From a virus: 64,000 nt of DNA. Positions 27,799 through 38,430 of this stretch are shown in pieces. Location of the stretch: IMG/VR virus record IMGVR_UViG_3300032320_000408, positions 1,348 through 65,347 of that record. The stretch is one strand, 5' to 3'. A program made the translations under genes and the position numbers. Positions within the stretch are counted from its first letter, which is position 1. Each line of letters opens with the position of its first letter. The notes below the pieces were generated by a model. It saw nothing but the letters and a program-made list of their open reading frames with translations, did no database searches and was not told the origin of the DNA.

Positions 27799-30700
27799 TC
27801 TGGTCATTCAAGCCCTTCATGAGAGCGGTCTTCTGGTCGTCAATCTTTTTGATTTGAGCGTCAGGAGCATTCTTCTCTTGGAGGGCTTTCTTCTGCTTGT
27901 TTAATGCAGTGACCTGGTTCTCAATGTAGTTAGCACGATTAATAAAGCGCACCTCTGGATGTTCCGCACGATATTCTTTCGTGTCATCCTTGTTCTTCAT
28001 GCGCTGCTTCAATTCGTTCTCATGCTTAGCCAGCTCGGTCACGTTCAAGTAGAACTTGGCAGAGATAGCGGCTGGCGTTGTTGTCTCGCCGTACAACTTA
28101 CCAGCGATAGGCACGCGGTACGACGGCAGGTCTTCTGTTTCACCTTTGACGACAGCCTTTGCGTACTCACCCGTCTTCATCAACTCACGACCCACACCGC
28201 CGGTGTACTGACCAATCAAGTAATCAATCTGGTCTGCCGTAGGGCTGATAGCGCCCTTGGTGTACTTCGTGCCTTCAGGAGAGGACACATAGTTCAGCAG
28301 CTCAGCCAAGTTTTTGCTGAACCAGCTGGCGCCCTCACGGCTACGTTGGAAGCCTGGTGTCGGAGAGGTTGCGCGGTCTTCCTTGGAGATTGGCCGGCCA
28401 AATGCGTCCCTGTTGGACTGGATGGCGGCAAAAGGATCAAACGCTGTGGGAGATACAAGCTGAAGCAAGCTGCCCGAGCCCAATGGGTTGAACGAATCCA
28501 GCACCAAGGACGTTGCATCCAAAGCCTTGTCGCCCAAGCTCTTGGCACCCGTGATCATTCCGGCTTGACCCAAGATGTACTCGGTAGTCAGGCGACCGAT
28601 TCCGGGGAAGATGTTGAAGCCCATTGGCATGGGGATGATGAGGTAATCACCACCGAAGACGGGAATGATTAGGTTCTTATCTTTGAGGAACTGTGGCGGC
28701 TCATCGTCGTCGTAACCGGCCATAGCCAAGGCAATAGCTTGAGCTGCACCAATTGCAAAACCACCCGCAATAATCTTCTTGCCGGCTGGCCCTTTGAGGG
28801 TTTCAGCCAAACGTTTTGTACCCTGCACAGAAGCGTTAAAGAAGGCGTAAAGAGACTGCAACGTAGGCGAGGATGCACCCTTGCGGTTGAAGTTAACTGT
28901 GAGGTTCTTAGCAAGGCTAGCGGCCTTGTCTTCGCTCAGACCCTTGTCCAGTGCAACTTTAAACGCAGACAAACGCACGGCGTTTTCCATGGCGTCGTTG
29001 TAGTCTGACAGCCAATTGAACACCGCGTCTGCGGCTTGGCGCACATTACCACGGTCTAGCTTCTTAAGCTCTTGCGCCACAATGCCTGGCTTGTCTTTGC
29101 CACGGCTGAACTGGTCTTTGTAACCTGTAGTGCCACCCGCCTTTTGGAAGCGTTCAAACAGCTCTTGCCACTCGCCCTTTGGCGCTTTGCCAGATCGCTG
29201 CGCACGCAGGTCAGAGTAGATGCTAGACAGAGCTGGCCAAACACCCGTCAATACTTTTCTTTCTTCACCCGCAATGTCGGTGGTGGACAGGTTGAGCGCA
29301 GCGCCTTGCACGTCACGCACAAAGTTCCATGCACCGAACACTGGGTTGTACTGGGTGTTGACCGACGCCATGAAGCGCGTTACTTCGCCAATCGTGCCAA
29401 GCGCCAAGCCCAGCTGCTCGGCATCCAAGCTCTTTAATGACTTGGCCATGCGTTGTGCGCGTGGATCGCTGCTGTTAAAGATAATGAATCGGTCTTTGCC
29501 ATTGATACGAATTGGGAACACGTTGTCACTATTGCGCAACAACTGGTTAACTTTGTATTCAACTAAGCCCGTCTTCTTGTTGAAGGTGGCAGATGCTGGT
29601 TCTTTAGCAATGCTAGATGCATCGTCTGCTGTTAGACCAAGGTCTTCCAATTCTTCAGCAAGTTTTTCTCTGTTCTTAATGGCATCAGGGTTGATTGGCA
29701 ACCAGAACTTTGAGTTAGGGTATTTAATTGCCAAGCCGTATAGCGCACGACCAACACGAGCCTTCTCAGACTTCATGATGGCTTTCTCACGCTGTAGTGC
29801 AATGTTCTCAAAGATGTCAATGACATTCTTTAAAGAACCAGTTGCGCGCTTAGATGCTCCACCTTTAGTCCCGTAACCAGCTCCAATGCCTGTACCTTGA
29901 TTTACGTAGTCCAGGTTGTCGCGCTTAAGTGGAACGTAGAACGGGAACTGTTGACGCCATGCATCAATTGTTTCTTTTGTTTCAATGCCGCCAGCAATCA
30001 AGATGTCTTGCGTGTTCTTAACAATGGAGTCCAACTGCTTGGCCAGCTTTTCAAACGTAGCCTTTTGCTCGACGGTAAGGTCCTTCATGTAGGCCGCCGC
30101 TTCATCGTTAGAAATGCCCGAGCCACGGTTCTTTAAAGCCTCCTTATTGGGGTTTACTTTGTTGATGTGCTCGTTGTATTCAGGCGCATGGCGGTTATGT
30201 AAGTACTCATCAAACTCGTCGATGGTTACGTTGGCAGCCTTCATGTCCTTGACAAGCGGCAGTAATTCTTTCTGCAAGAAATCTTTAGTAGCCTTGGCAG
30301 TACGACCGTGGTACAGCTCTTCCTTGATGTACGCATTAAACTTGTCAGAGATTTCTCCAACGGCTTTCTTGATGTTTTCAATGACGCGCTTGGTATCAAT
30401 CTGCTTGTCAACCAGCGCGTATTGAAGCAAACGATCCATCTTAGTGTCTTCAATGTTTTCCCATGCAGCAGGAGGCAGATCGCCACCTTTGTAGTTCTGG
30501 TAATTTGTTTGACCCGAGACGCTCTTGTAATCGCTCTCACCAAGCATTTCTTTGGTTACAAAAGTGCCGTCCGCCTTAGACAAACTATCCAATGCCTTGA
30601 TGATTGGAGACTTTGAATCAAACCCAAACAAGCCTTTGATTGTTTGACCCAGCTCTTTCAGCCAGTTTTTCAAACGCGCCAACACGCCACCTTGTACAGC

Positions 30701-33700
30701 GTCAAAGCGACCTTGCACAATCTCAGAACCATTGACAGCCCAGAATTCTGAAGGGTTGAAGTACTGGTAGTTTGAGATTGGCAACGCGCTCATCTTGAGC
30801 AATGTCTCTGCCATTTCAAAACTGCTCTTGCTGCCTGGCTTGCTGAAGTCCAGCTCGGCCATGGCCTTCATAAATACTTTGGACATCTCGCCGCTTGGCG
30901 CGTCAACAAAGTCAAAGTTGTTTTCACCGTAGTGAGCATCCATCAATAGCTTGAAGTACAACTGCTCTGCTGGCGTCTTGGCTTTCTTCTGAGCGGACAA
31001 GAGCTGCTTAGCCCATGCCTTGCGAATGGATTGCTGCACCTTCTCTGGCATCATGCGCTCGAGGTGGTGCAAGATTTCGTGAACCACGGTTTGATCGTTG
31101 CCGCTGCCCTTCATCAAAATAATGATGCGGCTTAGTGGGGAGTATTGACCTCCAACGCCATTGGCCTTGGGTGTGCGAACGCTAACGCCAAGCTCGTCTA
31201 CCAGCTGCTCATTGCCACGAATAAACCACTCTGCAAGGTCAACAGCCTCGGGAGATAAGTCGCCTTTGCGCTTGGCCTCCAGTAGCTTCTGACGAATAAA
31301 GTCTGCGCCACGCACACGTTCTGCTACGGGCTTGTCTTGGCGGGCGCCTTCTGCTTGCTTTAATGCAAAGTCGGTTTCGTTAATAAATGTATCGTCAGTA
31401 ATCTTGCCACTCAGGCGATCACGATTGAGTTTGTCCATGCGACGCTTGAGCGATGGAGAGCGCGGCTTTTCCGTCAGAGAAACGGTAAACGTTGTTGGGC
31501 CAATGTTGTTGAGAATATCGCCAGACTCGTCGAATGTGCCACGGTTGCCTATTGCAGACTTAATTTGCGTTGGATAAAAGGCAACCCAGTCATCTCGGTC
31601 GACATTGCCATCAGTCATGCTATTTCTAACAACGACCCCGTCATAACCCTGATCAATAAGCGCTTGTTTAAATTTTTCAACTGTTGAATATGAATCTCTG
31701 CCATCTTGCAAGTCTTCAAACCCCTCGTATTCCATTGGGTTTTGGATAGACAAGTGAACAAGCATTGTGTTGTCGCCCTCCTTGCCTTCGGAAAACGAAA
31801 CAGCACTTTCCGCATTGCCAGCTTCATACTCTGCATCATATAGAGAGGGCGCCGTAAACCAAGACCCAAGTTTTCCGGTGTAATTTGGGTTGCGTGAAAT
31901 ATTTGTAATGCCTGCGCCAACGTTAAAAATGTTAAAGTTTTTATCTGTTGTGTGGAACGCAACTAACGGCTGACCATTTTTATTGACGGCTTTACTATTT
32001 TTAAACCATTGTTTAAAGCGGTCGTCTGAGTAATAGTCTCTATCTTGATTTGCTTGATTACTAAATTCTCTTGGTTCTGGAATATTTTTACGCTTGAAGA
32101 AGTCTTCTATTAAATTGTTCTGCGCCACAACAGCATCATGCTCTGAGATTTTTGGCATGGGAACATTTTTCTCTGCCGTCTCTCTCAATGCGGTCATAGC
32201 TATTCTGGTAACAGCTTCCTCCGGTAAGTTTTGAATTGCTTTTTTAAACTGTGAATCTTCTTTTAAAAGGCGAACAGCTTCTTGTGCCACAGCTTGGTAA
32301 CGCTTGTTATATTCTTCCTGAGCATCCGTGACGCGTTGTTGTGATTTTTTAAACTCGTCGGTATTTTGCAGCTCCTCATACGCCTCACGCTGCAATGCGT
32401 AAATTTCATCTTGAGTAACGTAATTTTTGTTTCTAGACTTTGGCTCGATGCTGCTGTACATCGGGCCTTCTTCTTCCTTGCCCACCACCGTGCGATCAAC
32501 TTGCGCCGTCTCTGCTGCGCGTTGCAATTCAACCTTGGTCTTCTTAGTTACCGGTTCCGCGCGCTGACGAATGATGTCTGTGCTATATGTGGCTTCGCCG
32601 TTTACAAACGACATCACATCTTTACCATTCTCGGGAACGATAAAGATCTTGGCGCCGTCCATCTGGGCTAAGTTGTTGGTCACCAGCTTGCCGTAAGTTT
32701 CCTTATCGACGTTGATGCAACCAAACGAATAGCGTGAGTCTTCTGCGCCAGGCTTTTGCAGCGCGGCCAGACGTTGCTTGGCATCCGTCTCTTTGGTCCA
32801 CACCGAGTGCATGATGGTGGTGGAATAAAAGCCGTTTGCGCCCTTCTGGGACTTGTCCAGTACGAACACCTTACCAAAGTCGTATTCGCCCGCTGTAGCC
32901 GCCTCGTCGACGCTACGCTTGGCATCACGTAGACCAAGATCAAACAAGCCCGCAGGAGTAATCCTGTTGGACACAATTTTGTTATCGCCTTTGATGAAGT
33001 CACCAATGCCCACGCCAAACAAGGTCTTGGACTGCATGAACGGCGTGCCGTCTGGGTTAAACACAAACGTGTTGGCGGTCTGCTTGTCGGCCACAATGAA
33101 GAACTTGTCGTTAGCTTGAAGCTCGCCTTTGATGGCTGGGTAGATGGTGGCGTAAGCGCGCTTAGCGTCGTCAGACATTTGCTTCTGAACGCTGGCCGGC
33201 ACCTCTTGCATAACTTGCTCTATGCGCGTCTCGTACTGAGGCACGGCAATCGTGTAAGGCTGGCTTACAAACTGTGGATTAAAAGCTACAGCTACAGACA
33301 TGACGCCATTGGCCATCGAGCGAATGATTGCGCGGATCTTGCCGTTAACGTACTCAGCACCCTTGGTGATGAAGTTAACAACGTCTTGGCGTACGGCGTT
33401 AGCAAACTCTTCTGTATCGCGGGCAAAGCCGTAGAACTTCTCGAGCGAGCCGACCTGTGCGTCAGTCAGCTTCTTGGTCTGGTCTGTAATCAGGGCGCGC
33501 TGCTTCTCTTCACCCACCTCGGTGAACTGGCCCTCGATAGTGACGGGCTCACGTGTTAGGCGTGGTGCTTCTGGTTTTTCTGCCGGGCCAACAACTTCGT
33601 CTGCCACTTCCTTTGGCGCGCGTTCCATGACTCGATTAGAGCCTGGAGATAGCTCAAATCCAAACTTGTTGTAAAACGTTTCCAATTGATCTCGGTCAAG

Positions 33701-36700
33701 CCCAACTTCATTTTTCTTAACATTGACCAGTGGCGTTGGTTCTAAGTACAACGTGATGCCGTTTTTATCGGCAGCTTTGGTTACATCTTCCATGGCCTGA
33801 GTGGCCAAGCCTTGGTTGCGACTCTTGGGGTCAACCAACAAAGCCTCAAGGGTCATTTCGTCTTCATTACCAAAGCCAACAACAACAGCGTTACGGTCTT
33901 GGAATAGCGATCGCTGTGGCGTCATTGAAATACGCAACGGACCTTTTTCAAACGTGCGATGCGGTGTGCCGCCCTTGTCTACGTACGTGCGAGGATTGTC
34001 CAGCGCAAGAACTTCGTAGCCCTTATTGACCATTTCTAGCGCCACGGGGTAGCGCAAAACTGCGCCGTCTGGTGTGGCTACTGTGCCTTTTGCTGGTTTA
34101 GCTGGCGCTTCCTCGGCCGCACTAAAGATGTCTTGTTGACCCTGGGCCGCAGCTACATCAGCAGGGCGGTCACTGCCCGTCAGAACAAACTCATCACGCG
34201 CAGCATCAGCCTTCTCTTTGGCTACAGCTTCTTTTTCTAAGCGTGCGTTTTCTTTTTCAAGACGATCTATCTCAGCTTGCTTGGCTTTTAGCTCTTCTGT
34301 TGTTTGGGCAGCAAGCTCGAACTCAGCAGGAGGTTGGGCCTTTTCTTTTTCCAGGCCAGTGTCAAACAAACCAACCGACTTGTGCTGATCGTCTTGAAAT
34401 CTAATGCCGTCATAGCCCATTGCTTTGAGTGGCGAAACAATATCTTCTTGCAGCTGTTTTCCATTTGATGAAGCGTATTTTGTGGTGCCCCAGAAATTGC
34501 TGTTCAATTGCGTGGTGCTGTTGCGATCTGTTTTATCGCGCGCATCAAACTGGGCGGCCTCAACCAGGCCTTGACCAACCCGCGTCTTGGGGTTTAATCC
34601 AGCAATAACATCTCGCCCTTCAGGTGTAGAAATATCTAGCAGGTTCAAACCGCTAAAGTCTTTTTCAATAATGCGTGAGTCTTTGGGCACAACACCAGCA
34701 GACCCGCTGTCTGGGTTGGTAAGTTCTTGCGCCTCTTGCGGGCTTAAATCTGGGTACGCCTTGTTAAGCGGTTTAATGGTTTTCTTGTTAATCAACCCGT
34801 CATCTGGAGCCAGGCCAACCGCCTTCCACATTCCGCCTTCAATTTCGTTGTACTTGTGAGTTACACCGGTCGATGTAAATGTTTTTTCAACTTTCTTATA
34901 GCCGGTCAACTCATAGACGACGCCGTCTTCAACAATATATTTTTGCGTGTCATCAAGACGTGCGCGCCCACCACCGGCATTTTGCGCATAGCGCTCACCA
35001 ACAGATTGATCTTCGCCAAAGAAGACCATGCCGCCACCTTTAGATGGATCGAGCTTGTCATACTGTGAGCTTGTGCCGTGATACAGAGTTACGGTTTGTT
35101 TGATCGGCGCTTGGCGGCTAGTAGCCTCAGCTGCTTGGCTTGCTTCATCGCTTTCTGGCGGTTTTGGGGCGACAGCCTCATTAGTTTTTGCAGTAGTTCT
35201 ACGTTCTTCATCTTGTATTTCCTGTTCTGTAAAGCCCAGCGCTTCCATTGCGGCGCGCACAGACATATTGCCGGCCGGCGTTTTGTCTAATTCCGCAACA
35301 GCTTGGTCCAGCTCGGCAAATTCTTCATCGCTCACGGTGGCTATCTCACGAGCCATCATGTCTACATACTCTTGTTCGCTCATGCCGTGCCACTCAGCAT
35401 CAGTTTGGCCGGCGCGCTCCTCAAAGGCATCCTCATCTTGAGCCATGCGCTCTTCGTACTTGGCGGCAGTGTTCTCTACGCCTTGTTTGGAATAAAGGGG
35501 TTCGACTTTGTTACCAGCAACAGCCTTGACAATTAAGTCATATAACTGTTCTTCTGTGGAGTCTGGTGGTAGATAGCCATCTTCAATTGCAAGTGGCAAC
35601 AAATCATCAACCAGCTTTCCAGATGATTTAAATACAGGGCCATAGCCGCTAACCATGATTTGCTTGCCAGCATTGAACTCGTTCATCTGGCTGTTGGGCT
35701 TGCCTTTAACGTGGTAAAGACCCCTGGAAGCCAAGAACGTCATCAAAGGATTTTTGGCGTAAGCAGCTTGACGCAGTGGAGTTTCTTTGGCAACCTTGCG
35801 CCCTGGCGGCTTAACTGTTTTGGTTTTTGGGGGTGTTTTTTCTTTGTCTAAAACTTTAATTTCGGATGGGTTGTAGCCTTGTCCATAGTCAACAACAAGC
35901 TCTTGTTCGCCGGGGTGTCCCAACATAACAACGTGCTCGGGCGTTAAATCCATCTCGACCACTACGGAGTTTTTATTTTTTGCATGCGCAGGAAGATTTT
36001 TAAATGCTTGTGCAACTCTTGGATTTAACGTAAAAGAAGCAAATTGACTTCCCATGGCGCCGGCTTCTAATTCTTCCAGCTCTGCACGAGACATTAAACG
36101 ATACGCTTTAAATTTGTCGCCCAATTCTTGACGAACAACCTTTTGCACATCATCAGTATATTTTTTTCCGCCGGTAACCCTGTACAAGTCGTACATGCCA
36201 TCGCGATCACCCAGTCCCGAAACGCCGCCAATCCAATTTTCTTTGATGATGGCAACGCCTTCGGGCTCTTCAATTTTATCCCCAGCTTCAAATAAATTTT
36301 GCTCTTTAGGGGTGATGGTTTTTGTTGGCACCACAGGAGATGGCATAGGAGCCGCAGCTTTGTTTGCTGGAGCAGGGGTGGTCGGGGCAGCGGTTTCAGC
36401 AGCCTGTTGCGCGTACATGCGGCGCAAAATTTCTTCTGGTGTTAGCTTGTTGTATTCTGGTGTTCCGTACTTTGGAACTGGCTCCAGCTTGGCCGGGGCA
36501 ACTGGGGCAGCGGCAGGTTTTGTCTTGGATGCAATATGCGTGGCCAGCTGCTTAGCCATCTTTGGAAATGTCTGAGCGTATGGAGCAAACACGCTGTAGT
36601 CATTGGTGCCAAAAGCAACTGTGGCTGCATCTGCGGCATCAACAAGCGCGTCTTTTTTCTTGGCGTACCCGTCAGTCAGGTTGCGGTTTTTAAGCGCAGC

Positions 36701-38419
36701 ACGGCCGTGTGATTCCATCTCGGTGTACAGCGCAGTAGTCGTGTCTGTACCAAACACATCAGATTGCTTTAAACGCAAGTCTGGCGTGTCGTACTTTTGA
36801 GCCTCCAATGACAAGTCTGCGGCTGGTTGTTGTTTTTCTACAACAACTTCAGGAAGTTTGGCGTTGGCAGAAATCACGCCCAGCTTTTTACCGGCTGCAA
36901 AAATCTTTTGCTTTTGTTCCATCGGCATCGACGGATCTTCAGCAATTAGTTTTCTAAAGTCTGCATTAGTTAAATCTACTGGTGCAAAAGGCCACTCCTC
37001 ATTCCATCCTGCTTTTGCCTGCTCTTCACGAGCCAGTTGATTAACAATTGATGGTTTCTTTGGCGCTTCAGCTACAGGCTGTTGTATTTCCACAACAGGT
37101 TCTGGTTGTTGTATTTCTGCAACAGGTGACTGTAACTTGTTATAGTCAGGCTCCAGTTCCGCAAGCTGGTCTTCCAGCTCTTTGAGCATGGCCGCACGGT
37201 CTTGCGATGGTGCGTTTACATCTTGCGGAACCGGCGCGGCAGCAGCCTCTTCGGTTGGTTGTACGGCTGCTGTACGTACAGTTGGCGTTAGGAATCCTTT
37301 GGATTTAGCAAGCTCTTCCAGCCCTTTGTCTGGTGCTGGGCGCTCATACTTTTCGCGTCCTTGCTCTTCTTCAGACTTTCTGCCACGAACACTACCTGCA
37401 CCACCACCCAATGCGCCCATGGCAAAGCCTGCGGTAAGGCCTGCGCCCATGGCCTCTGGCACGCCCTCCAGGATTGGCTTATCTGTGGCGTAGTTTGCCC
37501 ACATTTTTTCCTGAGCGGACTGTGGCATTTCTTCAAATACGCCCTCAGAAATACCAGAACCGCCAGCTCGTTTAGCAAAATCTGCAATAGACTTTGCGCC
37601 GCCCCTAGATGAGCCAGCCGCAAGCATGGTGTCTATGTCGTCTAAGCCAAACTTCTGAGCCAATCGACCACCAGCAACGCCAAACGCAGCCGTGCCAACG
37701 CCGCTACCAAGGGCAGACAGAGCTTGCTTGGTTGTCAGTAACTTGTCTTCGGTTTTACCTCGAGTTTGTTCAGCAGCAGAACCTGCACCCAAGATACCTT
37801 CACCAATACCACCAGCAACCACGGCGCCCACTTTGGGGGCTGCCTTCAATATGCCACGGGCAACGCCTGCGCCGCCGAGCATTTGAGGTAACGACTCACC
37901 AATGCCTGTTGCAATCGTGCTTGGGTTTTGAATCATGGCGCCAATAGTTGGCAAGAACCCTTCGGTTTCTGCAACCTTGCGATTGGCGGATTGCTGGGCT
38001 TCCGACAGGTACGTGTCTAAGATTTCTTTGGCTTCGCGCGGCCTATATCCGGCATCCTCTAACAGCTTACCAATAGCGCCCTTGGTTGGGATATCCGCTA
38101 CGCCAACAAATGATTCAGGCAAGCCAATAGCACCCTTGAGCAAGGTAATACCAGCATCTAAAGCCGCATCTGAAACGGAGCGCTCAGGAGACTCTTCTCT
38201 GCGCCGATTTACAGCCTCAACATAATCGCTAGCCAACAATGGCTTGGTTGGATCAAATGCAGGAACCGCAACCTCTGCCGGGCGCTTAGGCGCTATTGAT
38301 TCAAGACCCTTTGGGGCTTGGGCTTCGCTGTATTTGGTGTAGCGTGCAAGCAATTCGCTTTGCGTAACTCCCTCTGGCACCCCTGAAACAACGGTGCCAT
38401 CTGGCATACGTACATCCAT
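27779..38419 (-). CDS. Large polyvalent virion-associated protein (3546 aa)
   Basis: Recognisable motifs for three ART-like domains, GNAT, YkuD-like transpeptidase, HEILH zincin and an LPD38-like C-terminus; last gene of the ejection-protein block. Confidence 0.85.
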   Translation of the reverse strand: MDVRMPDGTVVSGVPEGVTQSELLARYTKYSEAQAPKGLESIAPKRPAEVAVPAFDPTKPLLASDYVEAVNRRREESPERSVSDAALDAGITLLKGAIGLPESFVGVADIPTKGAIGKLLEDAGYRPREAKEILDTYLSEAQQSANRKVAETEGFLPTIGAMIQNPSTIATGIGESLPQMLGGAGVARGILKAAPKVGAVVAGGIGEGILGAGSAAEQTRGKTEDKLLTTKQALSALGSGVGTAAFGVAGGRLAQKFGLDDIDTMLAAGSSRGGAKSIADFAKRAGGSGISEGVFEEMPQSAQEKMWANYATDKPILEGVPEAMGAGLTAGFAMGALGGGAGSVRGRKSEEEQGREKYERPAPDKGLEELAKSKGFLTPTVRTAAVQPTEEAAAAPVPQDVNAPSQDRAAMLKELEDQLAELEPDYNKLQSPVAEIQQPEPVVEIQQPVAEAPKKPSIVNQLAREEQAKAGWNEEWPFAPVDLTNADFRKLIAEDPSMPMEQKQKIFAAGKKLGVISANAKLPEVVVEKQQPAADLSLEAQKYDTPDLRLKQSDVFGTDTTTALYTEMESHGRAALKNRNLTDGYAKKKDALVDAADAATVAFGTNDYSVFAPYAQTFPKMAKQLATHIASKTKPAAAPVAPAKLEPVPKYGTPEYNKLTPEEILRRMYAQQAAETAAPTTPAPANKAAAPMPSPVVPTKTITPKEQNLFEAGDKIEEPEGVAIIKENWIGGVSGLGDRDGMYDLYRVTGGKKYTDDVQKVVRQELGDKFKAYRLMSRAELEELEAGAMGSQFASFTLNPRVAQAFKNLPAHAKNKNSVVVEMDLTPEHVVMLGHPGEQELVVDYGQGYNPSEIKVLDKEKTPPKTKTVKPPGRKVAKETPLRQAAYAKNPLMTFLASRGLYHVKGKPNSQMNEFNAGKQIMVSGYGPVFKSSGKLVDDLLPLAIEDGYLPPDSTEEQLYDLIVKAVAGNKVEPLYSKQGVENTAAKYEERMAQDEDAFEERAGQTDAEWHGMSEQEYVDMMAREIATVSDEEFAELDQAVAELDKTPAGNMSVRAAMEALGFTEQEIQDEERRTTAKTNEAVAPKPPESDEASQAAEATSRQAPIKQTVTLYHGTSSQYDKLDPSKGGGMVFFGEDQSVGERYAQNAGGGRARLDDTQKYIVEDGVVYELTGYKKVEKTFTSTGVTHKYNEIEGGMWKAVGLAPDDGLINKKTIKPLNKAYPDLSPQEAQELTNPDSGSAGVVPKDSRIIEKDFSGLNLLDISTPEGRDVIAGLNPKTRVGQGLVEAAQFDARDKTDRNSTTQLNSNFWGTTKYASSNGKQLQEDIVSPLKAMGYDGIRFQDDQHKSVGLFDTGLEKEKAQPPAEFELAAQTTEELKAKQAEIDRLEKENARLEKEAVAKEKADAARDEFVLTGSDRPADVAAAQGQQDIFSAAEEAPAKPAKGTVATPDGAVLRYPVALEMVNKGYEVLALDNPRTYVDKGGTPHRTFEKGPLRISMTPQRSLFQDRNAVVVGFGNEDEMTLEALLVDPKSRNQGLATQAMEDVTKAADKNGITLYLEPTPLVNVKKNEVGLDRDQLETFYNKFGFELSPGSNRVMERAPKEVADEVVGPAEKPEAPRLTREPVTIEGQFTEVGEEKQRALITDQTKKLTDAQVGSLEKFYGFARDTEEFANAVRQDVVNFITKGAEYVNGKIRAIIRSMANGVMSVAVAFNPQFVSQPYTIAVPQYETRIEQVMQEVPASVQKQMSDDAKRAYATIYPAIKGELQANDKFFIVADKQTANTFVFNPDGTPFMQSKTLFGVGIGDFIKGDNKIVSNRITPAGLFDLGLRDAKRSVDEAATAGEYDFGKVFVLDKSQKGANGFYSTTIMHSVWTKETDAKQRLAALQKPGAEDSRYSFGCINVDKETYGKLVTNNLAQMDGAKIFIVPENGKDVMSFVNGEATYSTDIIRQRAEPVTKKTKVELQRAAETAQVDRTVVGKEEEGPMYSSIEPKSRNKNYVTQDEIYALQREAYEELQNTDEFKKSQQRVTDAQEEYNKRYQAVAQEAVRLLKEDSQFKKAIQNLPEEAVTRIAMTALRETAEKNVPMPKISEHDAVVAQNNLIEDFFKRKNIPEPREFSNQANQDRDYYSDDRFKQWFKNSKAVNKNGQPLVAFHTTDKNFNIFNVGAGITNISRNPNYTGKLGSWFTAPSLYDAEYEAGNAESAVSFSEGKEGDNTMLVHLSIQNPMEYEGFEDLQDGRDSYSTVEKFKQALIDQGYDGVVVRNSMTDGNVDRDDWVAFYPTQIKSAIGNRGTFDESGDILNNIGPTTFTVSLTEKPRSPSLKRRMDKLNRDRLSGKITDDTFINETDFALKQAEGARQDKPVAERVRGADFIRQKLLEAKRKGDLSPEAVDLAEWFIRGNEQLVDELGVSVRTPKANGVGGQYSPLSRIIILMKGSGNDQTVVHEILHHLERMMPEKVQQSIRKAWAKQLLSAQKKAKTPAEQLYFKLLMDAHYGENNFDFVDAPSGEMSKVFMKAMAELDFSKPGSKSSFEMAETLLKMSALPISNYQYFNPSEFWAVNGSEIVQGRFDAVQGGVLARLKNWLKELGQTIKGLFGFDSKSPIIKALDSLSKADGTFVTKEMLGESDYKSVSGQTNYQNYKGGDLPPAAWENIEDTKMDRLLQYALVDKQIDTKRVIENIKKAVGEISDKFNAYIKEELYHGRTAKATKDFLQKELLPLVKDMKAANVTIDEFDEYLHNRHAPEYNEHINKVNPNKEALKNRGSGISNDEAAAYMKDLTVEQKATFEKLAKQLDSIVKNTQDILIAGGIETKETIDAWRQQFPFYVPLKRDNLDYVNQGTGIGAGYGTKGGASKRATGSLKNVIDIFENIALQREKAIMKSEKARVGRALYGLAIKYPNSKFWLPINPDAIKNREKLAEELEDLGLTADDASSIAKEPASATFNKKTGLVEYKVNQLLRNSDNVFPIRINGKDRFIIFNSSDPRAQRMAKSLKSLDAEQLGLALGTIGEVTRFMASVNTQYNPVFGAWNFVRDVQGAALNLSTTDIAGEERKVLTGVWPALSSIYSDLRAQRSGKAPKGEWQELFERFQKAGGTTGYKDQFSRGKDKPGIVAQELKKLDRGNVRQAADAVFNWLSDYNDAMENAVRLSAFKVALDKGLSEDKAASLAKNLTVNFNRKGASSPTLQSLYAFFNASVQGTKRLAETLKGPAGKKIIAGGFAIGAAQAIALAMAGYDDDEPPQFLKDKNLIIPVFGGDYLIIPMPMGFNIFPGIGRLTTEYILGQAGMITGAKSLGDKALDATSLVLDSFNPLGSGSLLQLVSPTAFDPFAAIQSNRDAFGRPISKEDRATSPTPGFQRSREGASWFSKNLAELLNYVSSPEGTKYTKGAISPTADQIDYLIGQYTGGVGRELMKTGEYAKAVVKGETEDLPSYRVPIAGKLYGETTTPAAISAKFYLNVTELAKHENELKQRMKNKDDTKEYRAEHPEVRFINRANYIENQVTALNKQKKALQEKNAPDAQIKKIDDQKTALMKGLNDQIRKLQQ
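37127..37148. promoter_or_regulatory. Intragenic palindromic site TGACTGTAACTTGTTATAGTCA
   Basis: Near-match to the dispersed palindrome inside the giant gene. Confidence 0.6.
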
Positions 38420-38430
38420 GTCGACCCCTT

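Noticed and set aside
27959-30616. Long plus-strand ORFs (e.g. 27959-28672, 29220-29876) opposite the giant gene
   Set aside because: Antisense shadow ORFs with no recognisable motifs.
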